Shown: positions 1 to 12,255 of the stretch, in pieces
How the letters are laid out: the number at the start of each line of letters is the position of its first letter
Numbering within the stretch: position 1 is the first letter of the stretch
Assembly (NCBI GenBank): GCA_965202585.1
Contig: OZ241827.1
Location: 21,638,001-21,702,000, forward strand
DNA from: Thalia democratica
Taxonomy: Eukaryota
Direction of reading: 5' to 3'
DNA length: 64,000 nt
The notes under the pieces: generated by a model
Told to the model about the DNA's origin: nothing
The model's database searches: none
What the model saw: only the letters and a program-made list of their open reading frames with translations
Program-made: the position numbers and the translations under genes

Positions 1-635
1 TATAGGTTGTATAGCAGACCTCATTGAATAAGTAGCTAGGGAAGGTAAAGCGAGAGCAAGGCAGGTACCGTCCTAAGCAAGCCGTTGAGCATGAAAGCCG
101 CTCTCTCGCAAGGCGTAGCAGTATATGAACGAGCTGTGACATGATTCAGCCCAGTTGAAAGTACGTTTGAGTGCAAAAAGTAAAGCATTTCTAGAGGTGA
201 AGGTTCGGACGGGGCGACTGAAGCAGAGTAGGCGAGATACCAGAAATTGCGAAGCACTCAAAATGTAACTTGTAAAAAAGCGGCATAATCTCATGGTCGC
301 TTTCAAAGTCAGAGGTCAGTTGAAGCGAAATGTTTTGGAAGGGAAGCAGGAGGCTCGAGAAAATATTTGTAAAAGAGCGGGAGGTCTGTTTTTTGGAAAA
401 ATTGTTGAAAATGAATTTTTGGGTTTTGAGAAGGGTCGAGGGAATATAGGAAGAAAAGTTGGAAAAAAATTTGAGCAAAAAAGCCGTCCGAATTCGCCCG
501 CGGGCGAATTCGGACGGCTTTTTTGCTCAAATTTTTTTCCAACTTTTCTTCCTATATTTTTTTCAAAGGTGTTCGACGAAAGTCGGACGCCTTTTTTTTT
601 ACCCAAAAATTTTTTAGGCTACCTCAAGAGAGTCA
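1..635. mobile_element. Right part of the same element (window starts inside it)
   Basis: Matches 52970-53604. Right inverted repeat GGCTACCTCAAGAGAGTCA at 617-635. Confidence 0.55.
443..558. repeat. Perfect 116-bp palindrome with no spacer (58-bp arms, centre 500/501)
   Basis: Checked base by base: aatataggaagaaaagttggaaaaaaatttgagcaaaaaagccgtccgaattcgcccg|cgggcgaattcggacggcttttttgctcaaatttttttccaacttttcttcctatatt. Confidence 0.97.
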
Positions 636-690
636 GAGTTTTTGCCTAGTAATGATTTTTTTTCAGTTCCACTGATGTCATAAGTTTTGA

Positions 691-717
691 ACGTTGCTGC
701 CGAAAGGTTAGCATCGT
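691..717 (+). other. GAAA-loop stem-loop followed by a T-run just outside the right inverted repeat (also near 29553 and 53660)
   Basis: acgttgctgcc-gaaa-ggttagcatcgt followed by ttttatttt, about 55 bp beyond the right inverted repeat. Confidence 0.4.
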
Positions 718-1177
718 TTTTATTTTACAAGTTCTTAATAAAGGTTGTTAAGGTTTTTGAAATTACAAATTGTCAATAGCCATATTAGAAAAATTTATAT
801 TACTTTCGATACTTATAATAAATAAATAAAAAACTTAAGAACATGTATATATATTACTTATGCTGATAAGATAACAAATCCAATTGTACAATCAAAAACA
901 AATTAAATTCGTATCTGTGCCTACGAACAACTATGTCAAAAAGAAAATTAAAAGTGTTGTTTTATAACTAAAAAAAACTTTTTAAAGCTGACACTTAATA
1001 AAGCAAACAGTTTCATTCAACATTGATACTTTTTAATAGTACTTGTATGAAGTTTTCTATACAATAAATAAAATTTTAAGTAGCAGGTATTTTGATTAAT
1101 TTAGTTAAAAGTTTATAATTCATTTAAATTTTTCTTAAAAATAAAATATCAGAGTTTAGTTTGTTAAATAAAACGAC

Positions 1178-1784
1178 AAAATCGATAAAACCTTTTGTGT
1201 AGTTTTGAAACAAATAGTTTAAGTAAACTTTCAAAATCAATTTATCTGATTAAATAATGTGATTTAGTTCATTTAACATAACGCATAATTAAAGTGTAGA
1301 TAGCATTTAATTATATATGTAACTAAACATAAATCGATAAAATCTTTTGTGTAGTTAAGAAACAAATAACTTATGTAAACTTTCAAAGTCGATTTATCTG
1401 ATTAAATAATGTGATTTAGTTCATTTAACATAACGCATATTTAAAGTGTAGATAGCATTTAATGATATATGTAACTAAACATAATCGATAAAACCTTTTG
1501 TGTAGTTAAGAAACAAATAACTTATGTAAACTTTCAAAGTCGATTTATCTGATTAAATAATGTGATTTAGTTCATTTAACATAACGCATATTTAAAAAAT
1601 AGATAGCATTTAATGATATATGTAACTAAACATAAATCGATAAAACCTTTTGTGTAGTTAAGAAACAAATAACTTATGTAAACTTTCAAAATCAATTTAT
1701 CTGATTAAATAATGTGATTTAGTTCATTTAACATAACGCATATTTAAAAAATAGATAGCATTTAATGGTATATGTAACTAAACA
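1178..1784. repeat. Tandem repeat, 4 x about 152 bp, AT-rich
   Basis: The anchor atcgataaaa recurs at 1181, 1333, 1484 and 1636. The units are near-identical with no unique spacers. Confidence 0.95.
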
Positions 1785-1982
1785 GATTTTGTTTGAAACA
1801 ACTGTCATAGTCAAGATCTGAATTAATGATTAATAAAGACACCTCATATTTTCTAGAATATGCGCAAAAACTTAGTAGAAACATTAAATAATTAATTAAA
1901 ATAATTACAAAACATTGATTACTCCCACAACTGATTTCTGAATACAATTTAGCTTCGTTTTCTTTTTGCATGTTTTATTTGT

Positions 1983-4470
1983 TTAATTTTCAAATTTTAA
2001 ATTGTAAAGCTTAATATTCATCGGCTCGTTAACGATTGTAAAAGATGTGGTGTACGACTCTATAACCGAAAGGTTCTTTTGTGCACCAGGTCCTTTGACA
2101 AAATTTTTTGCACATTTTATTATGAGATTTAATGAACAAAACAATAATTGAAAACGGAAGACTACAAAATAAACGTACTGGTATAACGTTTTCACGTTTT
2201 GAAAACTCTTAAAACATATATTCTTCTCTATACTGAGCTAGACCTTCACAAATGTAGCGTCGACTTTTGCAAGACTGAGTGCCTGTTTTTCATTATATGA
2301 TTGTATATATGCCATTTTCAGCTAAGTTTATTAACGGAATTTGAGTTTATAAAAACATGTTTTGGTAGTAATTTGTTATTTAGTACAGTAATTTAGAAAT
2401 ACAGATATTTCTTATAAAATACTTGTCGCATTTTTGACAATAGCAGACGATGCAAATTGTTATTACTATAAAAGCTAATGAACACAGGAAAAAAAAGTCT
2501 AATAGAAGAGATGAGTACAAATTACAATGAAAAATAAAGTTATATTCGTTAAGACATCTTAGGATAGCGTTATGAATGCTTATAACAATCTAAATAGAGT
2601 ATTTTAAAATTTTGTAATTCAACAGAAGTTAACGAAATATGAATGTAAAGATAACTAATGAAAATATAAAAATCAATAGATGTACAAAAATTCAAGACTG
2701 TAAACTTTGAAAGGTTGTATTTTTTTCGATCGAAGTTAAACCCAAAATTTTATTTTAACAAAGCGTCATACGACTAATTATAAGGTAAATTTATGGTATT
2801 AACGATTGAGTTTGCTTATAAAATTAAAAATTTCGTTGATAAAATAGCTTTAGTAGTAACAACACCTATGACAGAACTAACCTTATAATTTTTAAACAAC
2901 GATTGATTGACTAATTTTTTTATTATAATACAGAGTTTGTACTTCATAAAAAGAAACATATTAAAAAAGAAATGCAAATTGATTTCAACAAATTAAACTT
3001 CAGCAAACTTTAGAGTCGTTTAGTCAAAATTAACATTTAAACAATTAAAGATGTAGTTGCTATCTTGCATAATTGGTCAAATAATGCAGTTACTTTGTGT
3101 ACATGAATTTAAGAAAGACCTGAATACAATTATCCGAACCGTAAACATTTGGTATTTATCACACTTCACGATGTAAAATCATGAAAAAAGTTCGAATTAG
3201 AAAAACATTAATTCTAAGATACTCTTCTGTATTATGCTCATTCCGAAGAATACATTTCTGGTAAAGACGTTAAACTGTATCCGTGGTGTATGACTTGACA
3301 ACCGTAAGGTATTTCGTACACCAGGTCCTTACACCAAGCTGTTTTTTGCGAACAATAAGTTGCAATAAACTGACTGCATGTCAAGGTAGGAACTAATTTC
3401 CAAGCATGTATAATAAAAATGTTAATGTTTGTGGCAAGTTTCTTTAAAGTTGCGTAAACGAACCATTTGTACATTATACTTGTTAAACGATAATATAAAC
3501 TAACTACCCAAAAGAAAATTGCGTTCATGTTATTTTACAATTATGTGTGAAAAATAAAAACTAATTTGTATTTTAATACTATTATATTGATAGCTTTAAA
3601 TAAATTATGGTAACTTAACATTCATGAGTTCTTTTTAAAACCAGTAGTTAAAGAACATGCCGAAAAATTCAATATATTTAAATTCCTATTTAGATGTCAG
3701 GAAAAAAATTTAACTAAATTCTTGTTCTTATTTTGCTAATATAGTAACTATACATAACAGTGTACTTATATATTCTTCGGATTTACTTAAAGTCTAGATG
3801 TGTGAATTTGCGACATAAAACTAGTGGTCATTAAAAAAAGCTTTAATCTGATAAATTATTTTATATCTCAACTTGAGGACTGATTGGAGTAAACATATCT
3901 TTATATTGATAAAAATTCAACAAAATTTAATGTTATATGACAAAGCCTTATGAGCATTCTAGACCTTTTGCTTTCAACGTAATGGCGTTCACTTTAAAAA
4001 TATATAGATTAATATATTTTATCTGGTATTCTGTTGTGTGTGTCTTAAAGTATTTCTCGTGATAACAATGCGGTCATTAAAAACTTATTTTTACCCCACA
4101 TTAGCATCTAAAATTGCAAATATAAGCCACAAAATATATCCTCAACTTTTCGTGTAATGATTCATAACTTATTGGTTCATTTAAAAATGCTAGGATAGAA
4201 ATGATTTGAAGACATGTCTTTTCAAAATTAAATTAATAAAATTCTACTTGCGGACATCTTACTAAAATTGACAGTTGATAAATTACATCCGGCTGATATT
4301 CAAACCCAGGATTATTAGCTTTAAAAAAATTATATTGCGAACATCAAATTGTAACAGATTGATAGTTTAATTTGCGATAAAACAAAAATATTCATATAAA
4401 AACGAGATTGATTTTCGGTTTTTGTCCGTCCAGGTGCTCCGACTGATCATCAAGTCCAAGTAGCGTCCTT
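1983..4470 (-). pseudogene. Possible relic of a fibronectin type III repeat gene (copies near 30850-33360, 33834-35710 and 54950-57440)
   Basis: Minus-strand peptides GPGAQKNLSVIESYTTSFTIVNEPMNIKLYNLKF (ORF 1983-2195), KYLTVVKSYTTDTV* (about 3270-3320) and a splice-bounded NNPGFEYQPDVIYQLSIL (4263-4318) resemble FN3 strand A/B and tyrosine-corner patterns. Segments 2047-2093 and 3283-3328 are homologous to each other. Stops and a frameshift are present, and no full gene model could be built. Confidence 0.3.
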
Positions 4471-7400
4471 AAAAATTTATTTATAGTTATACTACTTAGT
4501 ACTATATAGACTATCATATTATGTTTTTTGTTTAAAAAAAAAAATTTTTTTTACCTTAAAAAAGACAGTAATAAAATATACATATTAATCATTAAGTACT
4601 TATTGGTTTAATATTAATTAAATGCGATTGCGAGCTAGTAAATGTAAAATACAGACATAACTGTTATTAGATACACAAAACGTAAAAGAAAACCTTAAAT
4701 TGATTTTTACAATAGTAACTTTGTAAAAACTTATACAATGGCAAAGGAGTAAACTAAAACTAAAATATTTTGGGGGACCTTTAATTTAATTATACTGATA
4801 ACTTACATAAAAAAAGCCCAAAATAATGATTACTATTAAATAATGTATTTAAAAAACTTTGTGAACGTTAATTTTACATTCAAACGATAAGATACATATT
4901 AGATTAAATACTGTTAATTATTAACACTCAGAGACTATTATAAGTATAAATTCGGTAGAATAAAATTAAAATATTTTAGGTGTAAGGGATATAAGTTATC
5001 TTGACTTATGTTTCATGTACATCCATGCTATCAAGTAAAAATTGGTAAAGAAAAGGTTATACTGACCTAGAAACAAATAACATCAGTAGTTTCAGCTTAG
5101 TTGAAAGATGTAATCCCTTTTACATATCTTAATAAGCTTAGCAGAACAAATAAGCCATTCAGATTAATAAAAACATAACAACGTTGTTCAAAATTCAATA
5201 CCAATGTAATTTATTATTCATAATTGGTTGTAACACCAAATTAACAATAACAATTAGTTATAGAACTACAAATTATCATTTCTTACAAAACAATTTAGGA
5301 TTGTGCATTAGAAATATACGGAAAGTACTAAAGGTAATACACGTTTAACTTAACCAAAACTTTGTCTTCGAAATGAATAATTAGCTTCTAGAAAATAAAT
5401 AAACAATGATCTAAAAGCATGCTGACTTTATAAAATAATAAGTTTATTTTTACAAACAATACTACATTAACTATAAAAACTGCTACAATTTTCACACAAC
5501 TACTAGAAAAGGCTTACGTAAGTAATTAAATACTAAATGAACCGTCAGAACTTTTATCGTAAAGAAAGCTATAAGAATTATAATCAAAAAATTTTATTCA
5601 AAATATATGTATATGTATTTATTTATTAAAATTTAATACTCCAACAAAATTTTGTAAATTATTATAACAATCGTTATTAAAGAGAATATGTTTATTATCC
5701 TTGCAAAACAAAACTTATTCATATAACAATACCTTTTTCTTTAAATAAAATTGGCAAAAGTTGTATAGACATGTTAACGTCTACTAAAACTCAGAAATAT
5801 GTTTGAATTACTTGAAAATTAGTTGAATTTTGAACTTCATACTATATTTTTTTCAAATTAGCAAAAGTACAATTTTACCTGAAAACTTTCAAATAATAAT
5901 AATTAGTAAAGTATGTTAATCAATAATTCTAACTACCTTTCTTAAATCCGCTCTGTCAGCTGAGACTGCTTGATTGGTCACTTCAATTGTGTCATCCATC
6001 CAAGGTCCATGTCACTTCTTTTCTTCCACAACGTGTTTACTTGACTGTAAAATGAATAAATTATAATTCATACACATTTTATAATAGTTTTAAATAGAGG
6101 TTTGCAAATTAAACACTTTATTTACGACCCGGTTTTGGGGACAAAAAACCTTTAAGTAAAATAAAATAGTAAACTGCTCATAACAATGTTGGTTATCTAT
6201 AAAACTCTTTACACTTCAGTAAATTGAGCAATCTTTTTTAGTTAAGAAAAATAACTATGTAAAAGTATTATGAAAATTGACATTAATGGTTAAAAATTAA
6301 ACTGATTATTAATAGCTTATGTGAGTTAAAACTATAAAAAACAACTTATTTTGACACACAAAGTTGCTAAACTTAAGCCTAAGACTATTAGTCTTATAAG
6401 TGTGCTCAATAGTGTTTATAAAAAGTGTTTTAATGTGCACAATAAATTAAATAAGATGAAAGATATGTATGTAATAACAGCTGTTTTCTTTTGTGACTAT
6501 TGGAAAAATAACATAAGTTTTAAAAGTTCTATTTATAGACATTCAAAACATAACAAAATAACGTCAAAATAACATAAAAGTGAGGTGTCCAAAACTTTAA
6601 TTTTAGTAATTTAGTTTGCACAGCTTTTGAGCAAAAGCATTAAGACCACTACTTAAGACTGCAAGTAGAATAAAAGTACAGTTGTTAAGTTTATAATATA
6701 GTCATACTAACAAAATAAAAAATTGCAAATATTAAGTAATATGATACATAAAATGACAAAACTAGTATCAAAGTGTTATTATTGTTCCTTCATCTTTTTT
6801 ATACAGTTTAAACCTTTTTTACTAATAACAAGTAACAACTTTATGAAACAAAATATAACAGCAGAGTTGCACAAATTAATTTTTAAATACTCTTCAAAAT
6901 ATATCAGATGTCAACTTATAGATGGTTACAATTCTTTTTGTAACATAAGGAAAGTAAATTTCTGACTTTTTAAGGCTACTCAATTAAGGTTATGAGAATT
7001 TATGTACCATTTAAAATCATCACAAAGTTACTTATTGATTCTAAGTTGTATTTACATCATAACGTTTTTAAATCGATGTAATTCTCAAGCTCTGATGTTA
7101 TTGTATTACATCATAAAAACTTAATGGATCAACTTAAATTTAAAAATCTTATTCCTAAGAGTCTATAAATTTTTTTTAAATAAATTTGTTTCCAAGTGCA
7201 GTAACTTCTCTAAAAATAAGGACCTGTTTAGCAACCTAAACTCTCCTCTAATAACAGTTTAATAATGTAAAGGCACATACTTTTTGTTTCATTATAAATC
7301 TTGTTTCACAATCATATTTAAAAAAAATATATAAGTTAATTTATAAATTGATGTTATAAAGTTTCACCACTATAAAGCTTCCATTATATAAATTCAAGTT

Positions 7401-8037
7401 ATTTACAATTAATTTTTTTTAATTATAACCTTTGATATCAATAAACATGGCTGTGACCTTTATGAGCAAAAACACTAGCTTGCAAAGACAGTCCAACATG
7501 AGGTGAGATTTGAAAAATAAAAAATTCAAAATTATAACAATATTAATAATCAAGCTCAAATACTCGAAAATTATAAACAGGACATTAAGAAAGATTCATT
7601 TAAGAAAGAATATTTTAAAATTCTTGAGATTTTAGAATAGTGTACAAACTAGCTAAGTTTTGAAAAAGAAAATTAAACAATCTAAAGTTTACTTAGCTGG
7701 GTGGCAATTCTGCATAAGACATTTGAACAAAGAGTTCAAAAGAAAATTTAATGTGTCACTCCTACATTAAAACTTTGAATTTATATTGGAATTATGGAAA
7801 ATTCAATTTTCCCCCCTATGCCCTTATTTTTTTAAGTTAAAAACTTTGATGAATAGAACTTCTTCTGAACTGAAAACTTCAAGAGTAAGTTTAAAAATTG
7901 CACATAAACTGGGAGACTGGATCAAATAATTTTGAAGCAGACTCAATTAGTATTAACATTTTATTCATATTTAAAACTGTGCGTTATTATTACAGAAATT
8001 TATACTGCATTTATTGAAAATGATCAGCTTAATTTAA

Positions 8038-8401
8038 CAGTGTGGCCACTGGTTTGTTGTAAATTTCTTCCAGGTTTATAGATACAATTCAATTGTCAAT
8101 TTTAGGTATATTATTAAATTCATATTAAAAATACTGACTAAAATACTTTAACAACATTGAGTAGAAAATATTGTAAAACCTGTTTATAGTTTTAAATGAA
8201 AAAGATTATATGATAGGTGTTTCACATCTCAACCAAATTTTTTTAATTCACATGTTAACGTAGTTCTAAATTCCAGGTTCTTTAGAAATATTAATTCAAT
8301 TTTTTATTTTATATTTCACAAAGTACAGGTTTTATAGTCAAATTTGCCTAAAATGTCAAACTACAGGTTTTTCAAGGATTTCAGATTTTTTGGCCACCCT
8401 G
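8038..8401. mobile_element. Degenerate MITE-like relic (also 39276-39639 and 61007-61370)
   Basis: Ends CAGTGTGGCCA and TGGCCACCCTG form an 11-bp inverted repeat with one mismatch. The internal motif (c/a)caggttt recurs several times. No clear target-site duplication. Confidence 0.4.
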
Positions 8402-11400
8402 CTTTAATTGTATTTTGTATCTTTTGTTTCTTAAGGAAACTATAATAATATACTTCATATTAGTAACTCTAATTAAAGTTAGGAATGTTGTGTTTTATTT
8501 TAATGTTAAATTTGGAACTTAAACTAGTGAATACAAGAGCAAATGTACTAACATTGTAAGTTTGAAAAGAGAATCATTCCACTGGAACTGTGGGTGTCAT
8601 TTGGTTTTTGATGATTTTCCTCATTGAAGACCAGGAGCACAGTGGATATAGTTCTGAAATTTACATTAATTTAAAAGTCACTAAAAGTCACATAAAATTA
8701 AACAATTTTTAAACAACCTTTTACAAAATTTTTTCCAATCTTACAGAATACTTTCATAACAATATTCAAACATAACAACTTACTTGGTTTTAATTGTGAC
8801 TGCCTCTGTATTAAAGTATAAGCAATAAGAGACAACAATTGTTTTGTTTACAAACCAAATGATAAAACAACCATTTTAGAAGTGTTAATAAACATTTAAA
8901 AATTCGCTAAAAACCAGTACCAGGGAACAGATTTAAATTAAACACAAAAAAGTAATCTCTCGCTTACCTATAAAGGTTTAAGAAACTAAATGTTAAAAAA
9001 TATGAAACACATATGTACTAGCATAAAATTATAAACAAACCTAATAACTTTTTATTTAAAGACTTTATCTTTTAGCAACTATATTTTCATAGAAGTTTTG
9101 TCCCCCTTTTGGTAATTTTATCAAATATGTAGACAATAGGTACTAAATGGAACTACTTCAGTTTAGTGAAATGTTTTTTTAAATAAACGCTTAACTTTTA
9201 TAAATTAACACGTAGAGTTTTATTGAACCCATTCTTATTTAAATTTTACTTATGTTGATTACGCTTGAAATTATTTAATTGATTATTTACTATGTTGTGT
9301 AATATATATTGTTTGTGTTTTATCTTAGTTTATTGTTTCAATTGTATTTTCTCTGACGAAAATTGATGAAATATATTGGAAAAGAAAGAGTTTGAGTCAT
9401 TTTATTTATTTAGTAAAATTGAAAACAAGTCTGATTTTTAAATTATTAAAATTTTACTATATTCAGTCTACTACTATAAAGAAATTTTACTTAAAAATAA
9501 ATGAAATAGTTTCTCGTTGCAGCTAAAGTATTGTTTATTGTCAATCAAATATTCCTAAAACCTTTTGTTTAATTAGTTTCTAGTATTTAATTAGTAAAAA
9601 AAGTTTTTTTAGATCTTGTAAAAGTTTAAAATCACCAAAATATTTTTTAAAACAGTATAGTTCTTTTGAAAATTGCAACAAAAAACTTTAAAGCCTATAA
9701 ATTGTTTTTAAATTTTATTTTCACTGATAATAAGCTATATTATAATACTTCACATTAAAATTTATATACAATTCTAATTATCTCGTGCACATTTTTCCAA
9801 AACAAAAGGTGAGTGTAGTTTTTTTTTGTAGCTTTTTAAATAAAATTTCGTTTAACTTTAGCTACTTAGTTCAATCGAACTTTACAGGCATGTTTTTTTA
9901 TTTAGTTTATTTATACTAGAAGATGCAAACAAAAATTTTTGATAAAAATAGAAAAAATTGTTCTGAAATTAAACTTTTATATATCAAACTGCGAAATGAT
10001 TTAAGCTTCTAAAAATATGAGAACTTGTTTTAAATCGCAACTGTATAAACTTAAAAATTGTTGGTTTTAGTAACACAAAATATTGATGATTTAAATAAAT
10101 TACCTTTTAAAATAAATACTTATTAAAAACTTTCAAATTTTTTCTATTTTTTGACATTAACTCGAAATAACAAACCTGCATTTTACCTTGCTATCTAAAT
10201 TTGTCTTGTAAAATTTTTGTTAAGTTGTTAAAACATCTTAGTATAAATAACCACAATGATATAGTAAAAAAGTAGCCTATTTAGTTACTTTAAACACTAT
10301 AAATCTCAAGACTTTTTGAATAAAGAGCTTTAAATAGAAGAAACAGCTTTTAAGATAATTAGTTTAATTTATACTAATGAAAAAACGAGTTTGAAAAGTT
10401 TGTGTAATAAACAATATTATTAAATTCTTATAGTTAAAAACAAAAATTGGATATACTAAATAAAATCATTTATAAATCTATCATACGATCTAATATTATG
10501 ATAAACATCATACTAATTAAAATTTAAAAAAATCTACAAATAACAGACACTTCAATTAGGTTTATAAATCGTAACAAAGTTCATACTGATTAAACATGAA
10601 TTTAAGCAACTTTTGGTTACTTAACTCAATCAAGTGTCAGTATTTGTTACTATTTATTTGCATTTGATCGGAATTAATTTATAAAACAGCAGAAAGTTTT
10701 GGGAAACCAAAAAAATGATTTTGTCTGCTTTTGTTAAAACTTTGTGAACATTGTTTTTGAATGTAAAATTTCTGAAAAACTTTTAAATAGGTAAACAAAC
10801 TTTATTTTACAAAAAAACGTACGTTACGTTAAACGTGTACCTTACAGCTTTAGACAAGATTTAGTTTTTTTTAAATTGAAAAATAGCTAATTTTTTATTA
10901 TGTTAACAAAAGTTTTACACGCTTAGTTTATTGTTTAAGTTATTTAAAAAATAACAGCTTTATGTTATCATAAAATATTTTAAAATCGTTTTTGCGTTCA
11001 TTTAATTAATTTATCTAATAAAACATCAAAAATTAAAAAAAAAAATTCATCTTATTTTCAATACTTAGTGCGTATCTATTAAAGTGCGTTCCATATTATT
11101 GCCCTTACTGTACTTGACTGTCTATTCATAAGAATAAAAAAGTATTTATAAAGGAAATTCTTATTGATTCTTGTATCATACTTTTAAATATTTACTAGAT
11201 TAGTATTATGAATTGTTTATCAAATGAGTTAATAATATTAAAGTAAACTGCATGGATAACAAACATTGCTTATTTTACTAGCTAATTAAATAACACAAAA
11301 AATGTTGTAGTTAGTGTTTTATTGTTGTGAGACAAGGTAAAAAGTTTCACTTTGTAACAATTATGAATTTATTTTTTAAAGTGCATTATGTAGTTGTAAG

Positions 11401-12155
11401 AACTGTGTTTTGTTTAACTTCAAAACAAAGTACTTGAAAAAAGGATGAATTAGCAAAACATTTAGTTTAAAAAGTAATTGCTATATTTATTAAATTTAGT
11501 TTAAAATAACATATCAGAAGTTATAAAGTAATAAAAGAATATTTTTTAAAACACTAATTTTTGTTTAAAAAATTGTAACTTTATTGGCTAAGTAAATATA
11601 TAACATTAAACATATTTTCAAAGAGATACTGTAAAAACAGCGACCAATACACAAACCCTTCTTGCTGATTGCGCCTGAAAACTTTCACCACAAGCATCAC
11701 GCGGCGGTCGATTTTAGGTTTCTGGTAAATTTACCTCTTTTATATTAGTTTCAAAACTTTTTTAAAGATTATTTATAATTCTTAATATGTCTTGGTTTTA
11801 AAACTGCTACTTAAACTTACTTAATAAGTTTCAATACAAATAAACCTTGCTTAATACAACTGATATGTTATTCTAACTGAATTTTTCGGTAAATGTAGGT
11901 ATAACCTGTATATTTTGTCTTTGCAAAATCATTTGAACAAACTAAAGAAGCTTTTAAGTTTAAAAGTCTACCAGGAAATAGTTTACGATGCAGTACTCAA
12001 ATATTAGAATAATAATAAAACGTATCTGTTGTATTAAAAGTTGAACAAAAAGCTTAAATTTCATCGAGACATCAACTTTACTGACAAATGTGATTTGTTT
12101 TTTTTAGTATAAAGTTTACTAATTTGTTATGTCTAGAAGAATTTTAAACTTATTC

Positions 12156-12255
12156 NNNNNNNNNNNNNNNNNNNNNNNNNNNNNNNNNNNNNNNNNNNNN
12201 NNNNNNNNNNNNNNNNNNNNNNNNNNNNNNNNNNNNNNNNNNNNNNNNNNNNNNN
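12156..12255. other. Assembly gap (100 N)
   Basis: Run of exactly 100 n, a placeholder of unknown true size. Confidence 0.99.

Larger units (their letters stand above)
1..12155 (+). repeat. Further near-identical copy of part of the 21.7-kb unit (matches 52970-64000 and 33834-43393)
   Basis: Constant offsets of 52969 and 31238 for all ORF-track entries. Only a few differences were seen by eye (for example near 1696, 4542 and 8980). Confidence 0.9.

Noticed and set aside
78-118. AGCCGTTGAGCATGAAAGCCGCTC, loosely like group II intron domain V
   Set aside because: The lower stem does not close with the expected CGGTT-type strand, and there is no domain VI or other intron context.
36-257. Minus ORF containing TATPCERAAF, reminiscent of the hAT dimerisation motif (PxTSxxxERxFS)
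   Set aside because: Only CER matches, the spacing to the upstream W does not fit, and there is no other transposase sequence.
293-649. Overlapping ORFs 293-649 (+) and 316-606 (-) sharing the peptide NIGRKVGKKFEQKSRPNSPAGEFGRLFCSNFFPTFLPIF (also near 29154 and 53262)
   Set aside because: The same peptide on both strands is a direct consequence of the 116-bp palindrome. The composition is driven by homopolymer runs and no protein family was recognised.
636-655. CTAG|T after the right inverted repeat as a canonical Helitron 3' end
   Set aside because: There is no GC-rich 16-20-nt hairpin about 11 nt upstream and no matching 5' TC end was identified. Only the looser Helentron-like idea was kept.
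1178-1784. Regularly spaced repeats as a CRISPR array
   Set aside because: Whole 152-bp units are repeated with no unique spacers, there are no cas genes, and the context is eukaryotic.
3238-3528. 96-aa ORF with HHGYSL, and nearby exon-like pieces, suggesting a TBC1D24/TLDc protein
   Set aside because: The match is only a few residues. The substitution pattern between the internal duplicates favours a different frame (the FN3-like one), and no consistent spliced model was found.
6351-6965. AT-rich 73-aa and 80-aa ORFs repeated in each unit (and similar ORFs at 1762, 19617, 20944, 25194, 43787 and 49442)
   Set aside because: Non-ATG or chance starts, K/N/I/F/L-biased composition expected from AT-rich non-coding DNA, and recurrence explained by the segmental duplication.
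8041-8106. Plus-strand exon-like stretch CGHWFVVNFFQVYRYNSIVNFR
   Set aside because: It starts inside the terminal repeat of the MITE-like relic, which explains its composition.
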